A stretch of DNA of 63,574 nt, counting the filler, from Folioceros fuciformis (Eukaryota): the NCBI GenBank assembly GCA_049999805.1. It is 10 parts of 10 records of this genome, joined end to end, with 100 filler letters (N's around TTAATTAATTAA, not from the genome) between each part and the next. Parts side by side here need not be neighbours in the genome. Positions count along the whole stretch, not along the records: positions 31,816 to 42,200 come from JBNGIO010003945.1; positions 42,301 to 47,734 come from JBNGIO010003946.1; positions 47,835 to 53,270 come from JBNGIO010003947.1; 7 more parts are not named here. One strand, 5' to 3'. The notes under the pieces are model-generated. The model was not told the DNA's origin. It did no database searches and was given only the letters and a program-made list of their open reading frames with translations. Positions 36,400 through 48,935 of this stretch are shown here, one piece after another. Made by a program: the position numbers and the translations under genes. How positions within the stretch are numbered: position 1 is the first letter of the stretch; each line of letters begins with the position of its first letter.

Positions 36400-37975
36400 G
36401 AGGTAGATAGCTGGACATATGGTTCCAATGAGCTAAGGATTCTTTCACCAAGTTGGATATGTTGCACTAACCAGATATAAACAAGAACTTCTTCATACAT
36501 ATCTTCTAAATCACTTAGTTATTGTGAATCATGTTCTATGGCATCTGCATGTAGTAGTCTTGTTCCAAGCTCCAGTGGGCATAAGGCGTAACAATGAAGA
36601 ATCTTCATGGACTTGCATCTTCAACTTTGATACACGTCTTAAAGGAACACAACAAAACTTGTACGAGTGTCTTATATAGAGAGCCTATAAATTGGAATAG
36701 TATCCTGTAAGAAAATTGCAATCTCTACTATGTTAGCAATACTTTTGTTGATTTTGTATCTGCAATTATTCATTTTGAAGTAGTGTACGAATTCCTTCAA
36801 CACTGAACCTAACTTCATATCATGAAAGTTCCCTAAGTCATCACGAGCAGCAAAAGCTTCAATATGTTGCAATGGAGGTTATAACCTTGCATGTGTGGTA
36901 AGAGACAACTCTTTTTGTAAGCATAAAGTGATGTAATTTATATCATCTTCTCTACCATGCATTACCATTGTTACAAAGCTCTTTTCGAAGGGGCTCCTCC
37001 ATCTTCTTGCTCTTCCAGTGATTTGCTTTAATAACGACATGTTAATTCTTTCTGACCTCTTTTTCATAAATTACCAAAATATGAGTCAATTAATATTTGG
37101 ATTTAACCCCATGCCGATAGCATTTGTTGCCACGAGAACATGGTATGTATTGTTGGGGTGGTTGAATGGCTTCCTTTGTTCTACTCGAACTTGTGGTGGA
37201 AGAGCTCCACAAATGACACAACATTCGTAGTTGGTGTTTGTCTCAATCATACCCTTTACTAGAAAGATATCTTTTTTTGAAAAGACTATGAAACAATCGC
37301 CTCCTTATACATTTTCTAATGAACAAAATGGTTCATAGACCTCTAGAGGTTTCATCCTCTGATACCGTCGATAGAAAAATCATCTCCTGTACTTTCATAA
37401 GGAGATTGAATTACTTCAATTGAGGTTGCATCTCCGCATAAATGTATCTTCTTTGATTGTAGACCAAAAAATGCTCTTGTCCACGCCTTGTCTCCTGTAC
37501 TTTCATAAGGAGATTGAATTACTTTAATTGAGGTTGCATCTCTGCATAAATGTATCTTCTTTGATTGTAGACCCAAAAATGCTTGTGTCCATGCCTTGCC
37601 TCGTTCATTATTGCTGATAATTTGAATTTCGTTTATGACAACCACCTCCCAGTATTACTCTAAGCAAGTATTCTCAATAGTGCAAGAAAGGTGACAGAAT
37701 TATTTATGTACTCCTATCCAGTGTGCAAAAAGTTGGGAACTTCTTTCGTGTTCATCATTTAAAACACTTCCATAGCAAGAAAACATAAGGGGCTGTAATA
37801 AATGCCACTGCTCGCTTGCACTAAGCTTTGCAATGCATTATATGTTTTCCCGCTATTAGTCGGCACACAATGGTATATGACCTTCCACAATGGTATATGA
37901 CCTTCCGCTTTATCATCCTGGCTTTGGGATACCACTTTTGTGGTTGTGTTAAGTTCATTGCTTCATGTAGCAAGA
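36400..37975 (-). pseudogene. SUV3: SUV3/SUV3L-like mitochondrial RNA helicase pseudogene, intronless, 5'-truncated
   Basis: [32 protein letters not shown]...RGKAWTQAFLGL...IHLCGD, GALPP, VLVATNAIGMGLN, KQITGRARR. Many stops; internal 20-bp and 108-bp duplications. Confidence 0.88.
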
Positions 37976-37999
37976 TAACTTTTTTTTTTTCATTACTAT

Positions 38000-40900
38000 T
38001 GTGGAGTGGAACTTGTACCCAAGAACCACCAAGGGCCACACTTACCCCTTATTATCGTCGTAGTACTAGGATTCACTCCCAAGGGAGTGAACCAATGTCA
38101 AGGTTTTCTACAATCTCCCCCACTTTGCCCTAATCTAATCCTATCTATCAGCCGGCTCCTAGACCTAACCACACTACAGCAAAAAGATTAGAACCCTGTC
38201 TTCAATACCAGCTACAACCCCAGTTGAATGAGGACTCAGCATAATCTTTAGCTCCCACTCCTAGCTCCGGGTATTAGCCGCCTCAGCAACTGAGAGGAGG
38301 TTCCAGCCCTGGCCTCAACCTCCACTCTCAGCCCTAAATGCCAGCGACCTCAGCCTCCACTCTCAGCCCTAAATGCCAGCGACCTCAGCAGCTGATTGAG
38401 AACTTCAGCACCTAAGCTCCTCACCTCAGCACAACAGCTCTCTACTCCAGCACTTCTCCAGCACTTCTAACCTCTACTCCAGCACTCCAACTCTTCAATC
38501 CTTCACCATCACGTTTCACTCCTGGATTTTGAAACACAGCAGCCCTTCACTTGCATTCTTTGAGGCAGGGATGTGCAGACCTAGGCTGGATGGCCCCTCG
38601 GCCCACAGCCCTGCAATCTGTCATCTTGGAAACCTCTTAGGGACGTCAAGGTACCCCAACCACCCAACCAGCATGCAAGGAAGGTCAGCCCCTGCAGATC
38701 TGGCCACCTAGATCTCGGCGATTTTGGGAGCCGCCACGTTCCCCTAGTGGCATGGGGAATCAAGACTGAGGCATATCTGCACTCTGGGTTAAACCTCTAA
38801 CCCAGCAACCTACATACAAGGTCAAGGGAGCTCTCACCAAAAAAAACCTCCCCCCTCAATGACAAGCCTAGCCTCTTATACTCCTTGGCCAAGAACCCCT
38901 ATCACTGCCTAACCAGGTCAGCAGAACCCTCCACTCGTCAAAACCCTAAACCTAACTCCGACCTAATCCTAACCCGACCTAAGAAGGGTTGCCCGCTGCC
39001 CCTTGGACTCTGCTAGTTACCCCTTACCGTAATCATCAGTGCCTCACAAGACTTCCTTCTCCCCCATGCATCTCCACAAGTCCTTCTCCTCCAAGCCGTG
39101 GGATCCCAAGCTGGTTCCTCACGACCTTGCCTCCCACGAGCCCTATATAAACTGACAGATATAAGTTGACAGTAGCTCAGGAGCATGCCTGTCATCCCTG
39201 GAGTGTCACTCAGAACATCCCCCATTTGTTTCCCCTTAACAACAAGCTTAAGGGCAAGCTATTATCATGGCAATCCGCTCGACCACCATCGGGCTTCTAG
39301 TAGCTCCCCATACTTCTTCGTCCTATCAAAGCTCGTAGCGATAGCAGCCCCCCACGCTAGACTCCCCTTGGCTAGTCCCTCCCCTAGAGCCACCTTTTGC
39401 GACTCCATCTTCACTAACAGTACTTAACAAGACCAACCTCCAATTCTGGCTTCGGCCGCGAGGATGTGACTGGTTTCATTCAGGAGAGGCCAGCCGACGA
39501 GCCTCTATCCCTTCTCACCGCCACTTAGCACCCGCAATCCTCCTTGCAACCCTACCCAACGGGAGTCTCCAATCCCCAAGCACCGAGCCGTCAATTCGGT
39601 CCAACAATCGAATCAGACGCCTCACCGCTGGCCATCACCTCCGCCTACTATCCTGCCACGATCCAGCCAACCTGTTGTCTAGGTTCGATTTGACTGCACC
39701 AGCTTGATGTGCGGCTGGTTGCTGATCCGGCCAGCCCCCGCCTTGATTCGCCTCGGAGTCGCCTACAGCCGCCTGGCTTTGACATAGCCAAACTGCCTGC
39801 CTGTTTGACTCCTTGTAGGGTTCTAGTCAGTCAGCTTGCCGCCGGCCAGCGCTGGCCTTTGCCAACCGCCGGATCCAATCTCTCGCTGCCCGCTTGGTTC
39901 CGTCCTACCTTCAGCCCGCCTAGGTTCGCTCCAGCATCATCCGCAGCCAACCCGGTGACAGCGCCTACCTGCAGCCTGAAACAGCTTGAGGCCCACCTGG
40001 CCAGGATTCGCATGCAAGGCCGCCTCCAGCCGGCCAGGCCTCCCTCCGGCCAGCCGCCGCCTCCCTTGAGCCTCACCTGCCAGCCAGCATGGCCTGGATC
40101 AACCCGAGGCTCGTCTGGCTTGGACCCAGCACCGCCTCTAAGCTGCCTGTCTGGCCGGCTCTAGCTGCAGCCAGGCTGGCTAAATCCAACTCACCAGTCC
40201 TACCCAAGCCTGGCTTCCGGATCCGGCCCCGGCCATCCGGATCTAACACCACTCCCTGGCATGGATCTGGTGCCACTACTGGGCTGCTGAGAGCCCGTCG
40301 CCGATTGCCCCCGACTCACGCCCGATAGCCTTACCGGATTCACCTACCGGCCAGGCCGCATGTCGCTGTCCGTGCTGCTGGGCCGCCTGCAGCTGGTAGG
40401 CCGGTCCGGGCTGCCTACCTGCGCCAAACTAGGCTGCCTGCCTCCAGCCGTCCCCCAGCCAACTAGCCAAGCAAGCGGCCGCTGCTAGTCCGGCTGTCCA
40501 CCAGGTTGCTTGCCTGGCCTCCGGCAAGCCGGCCTGCACCTCAGCAGCCGCCACGGACAGCTCCAACCGGGCACATCCAACAGCCAGCCAGGATTCAACG
40601 CCACGCCGAATCCACGCCGGCTGGGATTCGGCACCGCCTCTAGCCTGCCTGCCTGGCCCGCTTGTTGGCTGCTTGGCAGGTAGGATCCGCCTGCCAGGAC
40701 ACCTCCGGCCGGCCTGCCATCCCGACCAGATTCGCCCCCTTCAGCCTAGCTGCTGGCCCCGATTCAGCCAGCCCGCCGACTGGCCATGGTCCAGCCAGTC
40801 GGCCTGGCTGCTTCGACCCGCAGGTCCGCCTGCCTGCTTCAGCCCCTGCCACCACCAACGGTCTGCCAGGATCCACTCCAGCCTCACCTGACCAGCTCTG

Positions 40901-42200
40901 GCCAGTCGACCAGCAGGCCGCTACATGCCTGGACTCCACCATCATCTGCTACAACCTGGAGCGTCCTACCTTCGACCTTAGCAGCCGCCCGCCTAGACTA
41001 CCCGGCTACCTACCATGATCCCACTCCGGCCTGCCACCATCCGGCCGCTACCCACCTGGCCTAGCTCCGATTGCCGCTAGGCTGCCTGCCGGCCTCCCTA
41101 TGCGGCCCCAGCGGCTTTCCTCCAGCCTCCCGGATCTTTCGTCCAAACCGGCTAGCCTAGCAGCCAGGCCGCTCGCCCAAAGGCCACCTGCGCCCGCCTG
41201 CTAGATGCCTGGCCAGATCTGGCCAACCAACTTCCCGGTCAAGCTTGCCAAACACCATCCAGGCCAGACTTAGATTCGCTGCCAACCAACCACCCTCCAA
41301 GCCGGCCTCCCCTCCCGGATCTGGCCAGCTAGCCAGCCAATTGGGGTCAACTGGCAAGCCTGCCTCGCTTGGTTGCCTAGCCGCAGCCCAGCCCGCCTGT
41401 TGTGGGTCTGCTGCTGCAGCTAGCCAGCGTTGCCTGGTGATTCGGCAAGGCACCGTCCTTGCTCCGCCCCAGATTCACCTCCAGCCTCTTGGCCTGGATC
41501 TAGCCAACCCGCCTGCATGCCTGACTCCTTGCAGGATTCCGACCAGTTAGCCTGCTTCCGAATCCAGCCCCAGCCGTCCGGAGCCCCACCTCCCGTGCAA
41601 CCAGCCTTCAGCACTAGCCAGACCGCCCGCACAGAGGCCACACGCCGGCCTCCTACCTTGATCCAGACTCGCACGCCAGCCGACAACCCTGTCCACCCGG
41701 CACTACGATCGCCCCTGCTGTTCGCTTGCAGTGGCTTCCTACTTACCCGGCCTAGCTGCCTGGCTCAAGTACCCCCGGCCAGCTTCTGCAAACCAGGCGG
41801 CCTGCCAGCTAGATCCAGCCCAGCCCCCCCTGATCTACTCTGGTCCACCCGCCGAATGCCTGTGCCTACCCGGAGCACCCTCCGAATGCTTGTGCCTACC
41901 CGGAGCTGCCGTCGCCAGCCAACCTGCTGGCTGGCTAGATCCGGCGGCGGAAGCCAGCCGGATCTGGCAGGTCCCCCCTTGCCAGCCTGCTCGCTTGCTC
42001 GATTCCCCTTGCTGTCACCTACTTGCCCAGGCCGACTGGCCAGAGACCACTAGCTGGTCTCCGGCCTTCAGATCCAGCCATCAGTCCTTCCCCGGCCTTG
42101 CTGCTGCTGGGCCGAGTTGGCTGCCTGGTCGGATCTGCCCACCGCTAGTCCGTGCTGGGCCGAGTTGGCTGCCTGGTCGGATCTGCCCACCGCTAGTCCG
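38000..42200 (+). mobile_element. Probable LTR-retrotransposon portion starting TGTGGAG, followed by ~2.6 kb of GC-rich low-complexity sequence
   Basis: Abrupt TG start truncating SUV3, short direct repeats at 38316-38390, and degenerate CCAGCC/CCGGC/CTAG repeats at 39600-42200. No recognisable domain. Confidence 0.45.
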
Positions 42201-42300
42201 NNNNNNNNNNNNNNNNNNNNNNNNNNNNNNNNNNNNNNNNNNNNTTAATTAATTAANNNNNNNNNNNNNNNNNNNNNNNNNNNNNNNNNNNNNNNNNNNN

Positions 42301-44443
42301 GTGTAGAACAATTAGGTTTAAAGGATGCTAAGCTTGTTTCTACTCCTTTACCAACAAGAATTAAGTTAAGTAGAAGTATGAGCCTAGTACACAAACTGAA
42401 AAGGAAGCTATGTCTAAGATATCTTATAAAAAGGCTGTTGGTAAGTTGATTTATGCTGCTAATACCACAAGACCCGAAATAGCATTCGCAACCAGTGTCT
42501 TGTCTCTGTATTTGGAGAATCCAGGACAGGAACACTAGACATGTTTGAAACGTGTACTTAGATATTTGAAAGGCACGTTTAACAGAGGCATACGATTTCA
42601 GGGCAAGCATGATGAAGAACTTATCTTGGAAGCTTTTACAGATTCCGATTATACAGGAGATGTAGACACCAAAAAATCAGTTTCTGGTTATGTGGTTAGT
42701 GTTGCTGGAGGACCTATCAATTAGTCTAGCAAAAAGCAACCTACATTTGCTTTATCCAGCATTGAAGCTGAGTATAGAGTGCTTACAGCAGCTGCCAAAG
42801 AGGTGATATGGTGCAAGTTATTATTTAAGGAACTTGGCTTATTAATTCCAGCTTGCACAACAATACATACAGATAATCAAGGTGCAATTGCTTTGGCAAA
42901 AAATCCAGTGTTTCACTCTCGAACAAAACATGTTGAAGTGGAATATCATTTTATAAGAGATTTAGTTGCAGCTGGAAAAGTAAAACTGGAATATGTTCCT
43001 ACACAAGAAAATCCAGCTGATGTTTTCACAAAGCCATTAAGCAAAGAATTGCATAACAAACATGTTCATGCACTGGGCCTGGGGGAGTATCCTAGCTCCC
43101 TTACAAACTCTCATTAAGAGAGTTAAAGACTGACCAGTGACTATGGTCTCGAGGAGATCCGGGCAAATTTTCACAGCTATCTTCATCCTCGTCCACCATG
43201 TCATTGGCCTCATGATCTTCACTTTTCATTTGAAATCAGATGAAGTGGGATCAAACAAAATTCTATCTTCGTGGTCCAAATTTTGCTCTTTATCAATTCT
43301 TTGTTTAGACCCTGCACAAACAGTGGGAGTTTTTAGTACATGTCGAAGTTTGCAGATTGAACCCTATGCATGTAACTTAGAACTGCAAGGAAATGTGCAA
43401 ATGTGAATGAAAACAGGAGAACAGCGTTTTCGAGTTTCGAGGAAGTGTGATGCTTACGATAGAAGTTGATCACGTGGTTGAGAACTTGGTTGCTGTCTGT
43501 GACCCTTACACGCACCATCTTCAGGCCTGTCTTCCAGCATTTATACCAGACTGGTGTGCCTGGCTGAGAGACTGTTCCCAACAAGTAGATTTTGGTCCCC
43601 TTCCACAACTCGTCGATAGGAAAGAATTCTGGCACAGGATGAGTGTTAGATTGGGATGCGTATTTGTAACGAACCTCCACAGCAGTCTTCTCAGTGACGG
43701 TGTGTGTTGCAGCGGCCCTGGCAGGCGTCTTCCTAGCTGGCGCTACCATCTTCTTTTTCTTCCGCAAGAGTGCCCGCCTCACAACTTTACTTGCCATGTT
43801 GACAACTGAAGATGCTCTCGCTGGAATTAAGTGTGGAAGCCACTGCACGGGGTTGCTGGTTGTGGCAGATCTTGTGATCTTTGCATGATTTCCCTTAACC
43901 CTCTTAGTGATGAAGCGGCCTCGAGTATCCTTGTTGTAGGTGTGCCTCCATTTCTGGTTACCACCGACATCAGTATATGGCGCCATCGCAAAGTTGGGAG
44001 CTTGCTGGTCTGTGAGCCGTTCTTGAAACCTGGCACGAAAATTTAAACCAACAATTGGGAATGCACTAACCAGGCTGCTGGCGGCACGACATGCAACTCC
44101 ATTATATTTTCACAAGGGTGTGAGAACTGCTGAGCTCGTGCACTACCTATCGTTCGTGTGTTGGACATTACTTGAAGTTGAGGCGCCGACATGAGGCAAA
44201 TAGAAGCCTAGTAGATATAGCAACAAATGGGAGTGTTGAAATAGCCCTTATTAACATGTTGCCTATATCAACTAGGGTTAGGGCACGTTTCATAATTTTA
44301 ATTTTAGTATAGGTGCACCTTTTGAAAGGGTGCACCCATTGATGGTAGTTACAGCCCTAATTTGGTAGTTATTATTTAAGACATATTTTTTTTAATTATC
44401 GTTGTACTTAATGAATCATTCAATAGAATGTCTATATTTTACA
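42301..44443 (+). mobile_element. Ty1/copia 3' half: RT end and RNase H (to 43117), long 3' region, PPT and ~210-bp LTR (44234-44443)
   Basis: TDNQGAIALAKNPVFHSRTKHVEVEYHFIR...ADVFTKPL. GGGAG followed by TGTTG...TTACA. Confidence 0.78.
43333..43986 (-). CDS. Unknown basic 217-aa ORF, antisense within the copia 3' region
   Basis: Uninterrupted ATG-started ORF with non-repetitive composition, a DTRGRF motif and an RKKKK NLS-like stretch. Confidence 0.45.
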   Translation of the reverse strand: MAPYTDVGGNQKWRHTYNKDTRGRFITKRVKGNHAKITRSATTSNPVQWLPHLIPARASSVVNMASKVVRRALLRKKKKMVAPARKTPARAAATHTVTEKTAVEVRYKYASQSNTHPVPEFFPIDELWKGTKIYLLGTVSQPGTPVWYKCWKTGLKMVRVRVTDSNQVLNHVINFYRKHHTSSKLENAVLLFSFTFAHFLAVLSYMHRVQSANFDMY

Positions 44444-46626
44444 ATTGGCTCAATGCTTTGATTATAGCAATTCCTAAATTTAAAACATCAAACACCCAAT
44501 CAACATCAGCAAATGTAGATAAGTCAAACTCTGGCTTGCTAGTCCTGGTGTAGTCTAGGCCATATTGCATTGTCCCTCAAAGATAGCGATATATACGTTT
44601 AAAAGCACCCTAGTGTGCTTTGCTAGGTGCCTTCAAGGATTGCGACACAACACTAACAGAGTAGCTAATATCAGGGCGTGTCCACTTGGCCAGATAAATT
44701 AAACAACCTACAGCCTCAGCATACGGAACTCCAGTCATCATAGCCTCATCAACAGTATCATGTGGTGATTGGTTCGAGGTAAGTTTTTCCCCCACTGCTA
44801 TAGGTGTTGAAACAGGCTTTGCAAAATCCCGATGAAACCTCTTAATGATTTCTTTTATGTATTTGGTCTGATGTAAAATGATGGTGCAGTGTGACCTGTC
44901 CCGTAGGATTTGTATACCGAGACAGAAGGCAAGCGGCCCCTGATCTGTCATTTCAAATTCAGACCAAAGAAGGGCTTTCACTGTGTCAAGCTGCTCAGGG
45001 TGATTGCTCAACAGAATTGCATCATCTACATAAAGAGCAAGAATGACAAACAACCCATCATAATCGAGGTAAAAAACAATAAATTCTGCTAGTGATTGAA
45101 CAAACCCATGCTTTTTGAGGAACTTCATGATCCTCTTATACCAAGCACGAGGGCTCTGCTTAAGCCCATATATGGTTTTTAACAGCTTGCAGACTTTATA
45201 AGGAAATTGCTTATCAACAAATCCTTCAGGCTGGTCCATATACAGGACCTCCTCAAGTTCCTCTAGAAGAAACGCTGTGCAAACATCCATCTGGTGGAGT
45301 TCGAGATCAAAGTGAGCAGCCATGGCTAGCAAAATCCGAACAGAAGGTAGTTTGACAACTGGTGAAAAGGTGTCTCCACAATCGATTCCAGATATATGTG
45401 AGAAACTTCGAGCTACTAGTTGTGATTTATACCTTGCAATTGTGCCATCTGGCTTCAATTTAGTTTCGAAAACCACTTACATGTGATAGGTTTCCGGCCA
45501 GGAGGCAAGTCTGCAAGTTCCCAGGTGTTGTTCTTGAGCAACGAGCTATACTCATCATCAATCAAAGTCCTCCAATGTTTACCACTAGGTCCTTCAAGTG
45601 CCTCTTTGTAACTCTGAGGATCAGGCCTAACTTCATGCACATGTAAATTTGTCATATGAGCTGATGGTTTGCGAAAATCAATAGCCTGATACGGAGGTTC
45701 CTGCCTCTCTGCCTATGGATGGCGTTCACGGGCAGGATACTGAGGGGAAGTATCCCCCACTATAGCGGTAGGAGGTGTTCCCTCTTCATCCGCATGATCT
45801 GAATTTATGAGAGAGTCTTGCGGACCAAGAGAGCCAATGTCACTATGGCTTACAACACTTGCAGCATCTGCATCCTTGTCAAATTCAGGGTAAGCAGCAT
45901 CTACAAAATGTTCATCTTCACTGTCCTCATGTTCAAAGTGATCTACACTAGCTGGAAGGTCATCATTAGCTACCTGCAGATTAGGGTTCTGAGGAAGAAG
46001 CTATCCAGGCTGAGCAGTTGGGACAAGAGGAGTTATAACCTCATCCACAACTATGTGATCATCAATGTATGGTGACTCTCCATTAGACCGAGGATAATGG
46101 ACTGGGACTGCAAGAGATTGCTCGTCCAGAAGTGAATTGGAACGAGAAGAGCTGCCAGAACCCCCCTGTGTCCACATCAGTCTGTGGGAGAACAAGTTCC
46201 TTGAAAGTTGCACTTTTGAACAGAGTTATTTTTTATGTTGGATCAAACAGTTTGTAGGCCTTTCACTCCTCTGAGTATCCACAAACACCAATTGTTTAGG
46301 CCTGTCATCTAACTTCTTACGCTTTGCTTCAGGTATGAATGCAAACGCTGGTGATCCAAAGACCTTGAGATTTGACAAGGTTGGCTTCCTTCCCTAGAAA
46401 GCTTCATAAGTTGTCTTTCCAGGCAGAGCATATGTGAATACTTTGTTCAACAAGTAAGTTGCTGTCACAAGAGCTTCTGCGCAGTAGCTTTTATGCAGCC
46501 CTACGTATGATAACATGCATCTAGTCATTCCCATAAGTGTTTGGTTTTTCCTCTCAGCAACCCCGTTTTGCTGCTGCGTGTAAGGCACAAAGAGTTGGCA
46601 AATAATTTGAAATTGCTGGAAGAGAT
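44444..46626 (-). mobile_element. Ty1/copia integrase-RT remnant
   Basis: PYTQQQNGVAERKNQTL, HQMDVCTAFL, YGLKQSPRAW, LYVDD. Confidence 0.92.
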
Positions 46627-47734
46627 TGTGGTGGCAAAACCCCGGGCACGGCTTGCCAACGGGTTCAATGTTTAGCAGTCACACTTATCCCATTGTTGTT
46701 GAGACATTGGGTTTCATTCCCACGAAGGAGCGATGAGGTTCCTANNNNNNNNNNAACTTCCCTCACTCACTTCACTCACCTCACTCACCTTCCTCACCTC
46801 ACTCACCTCACTCACCTCACTCACCTCACTCACCTCACTCACCTCGCTCACTGTGCTCACCTCGCTCACCACGCTCACCTCGCTCACCTCGCTCACCTCG
46901 TGTGGAGGCAAAACCCCGGGCACTGATTGCCAACGGGTTCCACCTTTAGTGGCCACACTTATCCCACTGTCGTTGAGACATTGGGTTTCGTTCCCACGAA
47001 GGAGCGATGGGGTTCCTTGCTGCTGTGGATGGAGGGTCGGACTTGATCAACTCGACGATGGATTCGAGGGCTCCCCTCCAGCTCCGATCAGGCGTAGGAT
47101 AGGCCTCGCTGTCCGACGGTCAGCTGCACCTCTCTCGGTGCCCACAAACTCACTCCAGCCACTACAACGACTCTAATCTCTCAGATCTGCGACTTCCTTC
47201 ACTCACTTCACTCACTCTCTCGTTCCAGCACCAACACCAACAACTACCAGCAACCAGCAACGACACCACTACCTTCTACACTTCCCTACGGACTCCTCCT
47301 ACCCGGCAAGAGTCACTAGACTAACCCCAAACAAAAGGAAGAAGGTAACACACTCCCCTCTTGAGTATCTCCTCCCCACAACCTTACCAGATGCCATGAG
47401 ACATGGCCGGCCTACAGCACTTGACCAAGCAAGGAACAAGTGTGGATACGTTGAGAGAAAGACACACCCTTTACAATCAAGAGCTAGGGGCAAGCCCCTA
47501 CACCCTGGTCATTACACCTCGTGATCCTACCAGACACTATACAACCGGCAACACGCTGCCCGCGATCCTACCAGACACTGTACAGCCGGCAACACGCTGC
47601 CTGCGATCCTACCAGACACTGTACAGCCGGCAACACACGGCTTGCGATCCTACCAGACGTTACACAGCCGGCAACACACTGCAGGTCCTAGACCAAGCAG
47701 GGACAGACCACAAGAGCTCATGAAGAGAGGACCT
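46627..47734 (+). mobile_element. Two nested or tandem LTR starts of family B (46627 and 46901) separated by a 9-bp (CTCACTCAC)n array; ~40-bp repeats at 47520-47690
   Basis: TGTGG(T/A)GGCAAAACCCCGGGCAC occurs twice. A third copy is reversed at 57991-58069. Confidence 0.75.
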
Positions 47735-47834
47735 NNNNNNNNNNNNNNNNNNNNNNNNNNNNNNNNNNNNNNNNNNNNTTAATTAATTAANNNNNNNNNN
47801 NNNNNNNNNNNNNNNNNNNNNNNNNNNNNNNNNN

Positions 47835-48935
47835 AGCTCCAGAAGCCTGTTGCGGATTTTCGGAGCTATTCGTAAGTTGTGATGCTGAAACTTTCAGTGT
47901 GACAATGAGTTGGCTGGTGCGGCATTCGTTTGCATGGCTTTGTCTTACGGTTTGATGGCCCTGCTCGTTGTGGTGTGAACATTCGCTTGGAGACAGCAGT
48001 ACCGAAGAGCCTACCCTGAAGAATTCCTCAAGGCCTCCTCCAGCAAGTGAGTACAGTCCGGTTGTGGTCACGCTGATACTTCCTGCATGCCCAAGAGTAA
48101 CGAGAGTTCCTGCTTTGTGTGTCTGCTCAAGGCAAGGAAGAAGATGGGGGAGACTTACTTGATGGTCCAGCTGCAACAGTCACCGAAGCTGACACAAAGG
48201 ACAACCGGAGGTATAGGGTTAGCTCTGTCTTCTTCCAGCACTTCCTTGTTGGGAGCAGGAATGCTGCTGCCTTGCTACAGCTCTTTGCCTTGGATGCAGG
48301 TCTTTGCTGAGGGCATTAGACCGTAGGCTTTACCTTATATTGCACGGCTTTCCATTCGGGAGCACCAGGGATAAGCCTGTTTGGCACTTCCCCGAAAAAC
48401 AGTACTCAGACGAGGAGACACTGCGCCTGGTATGGGCAGCAATTCAGGCACTTGCTGACCCTTGCTGTGGCCTACAGGACCTCTTGCATATTGAAGGTGC
48501 TGATTGCAGTGTGCAGAATCTGCTGTGACATCCTTTGTAGAGGATCCAGATAACGACCTGTACTTTGCGGGCAGTGGTCCAGTGGGGCACATCGAACAGC
48601 ATTGTGTCCAGCCTGGTGCCCCTGTGCCATTCTTCAAGGTGACGATTGCGTGCATTCTCCCGCTGGAGTTTGAAGGCCAGTAGCAGTGGCACTTGGTGTT
48701 ACAATTTAGAATCTTTTGGGCTGGTCTGACAATCAGTTGCCTTGCACAGAGGTTCTTCTTGAAATCGCAGCTCATTGGCAACAAAGTGAACCTGACTGGA
48801 CGCAAGCACAAAGATTTTGCCTGGGTTTCGAAGGGAGAACTCACCTTAAAGCTGAAGTCTTTTCTGCAGTATGAGGCCTGGATCTCATTGGCTGATCTCT
48901 GCAGACCCTTCATGCAGCTATGTGTTTACAACTGA
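47835..48935 (+). CDS. MRPL46: Mitochondrial large-subunit ribosomal protein mL46 (DECOY-like), 5'-truncated, possibly defective
   Basis: WRQQYRRAYPEEFL, VTEADTKDNRRSLLRALDRRLYL, KPVWHFPEK, CAESA, RFFLKSQLI, DFAWVSKGEL. Clean exons at 48300-48429, 48510-48638 and 48750-48935; the two upstream junctions are atypical. Confidence 0.85.

Noticed and set aside
39709-42252. Long Pro/Ala-rich ORFs
   Set aside because: Expected in GC-rich low-complexity DNA; they overlap on both strands.
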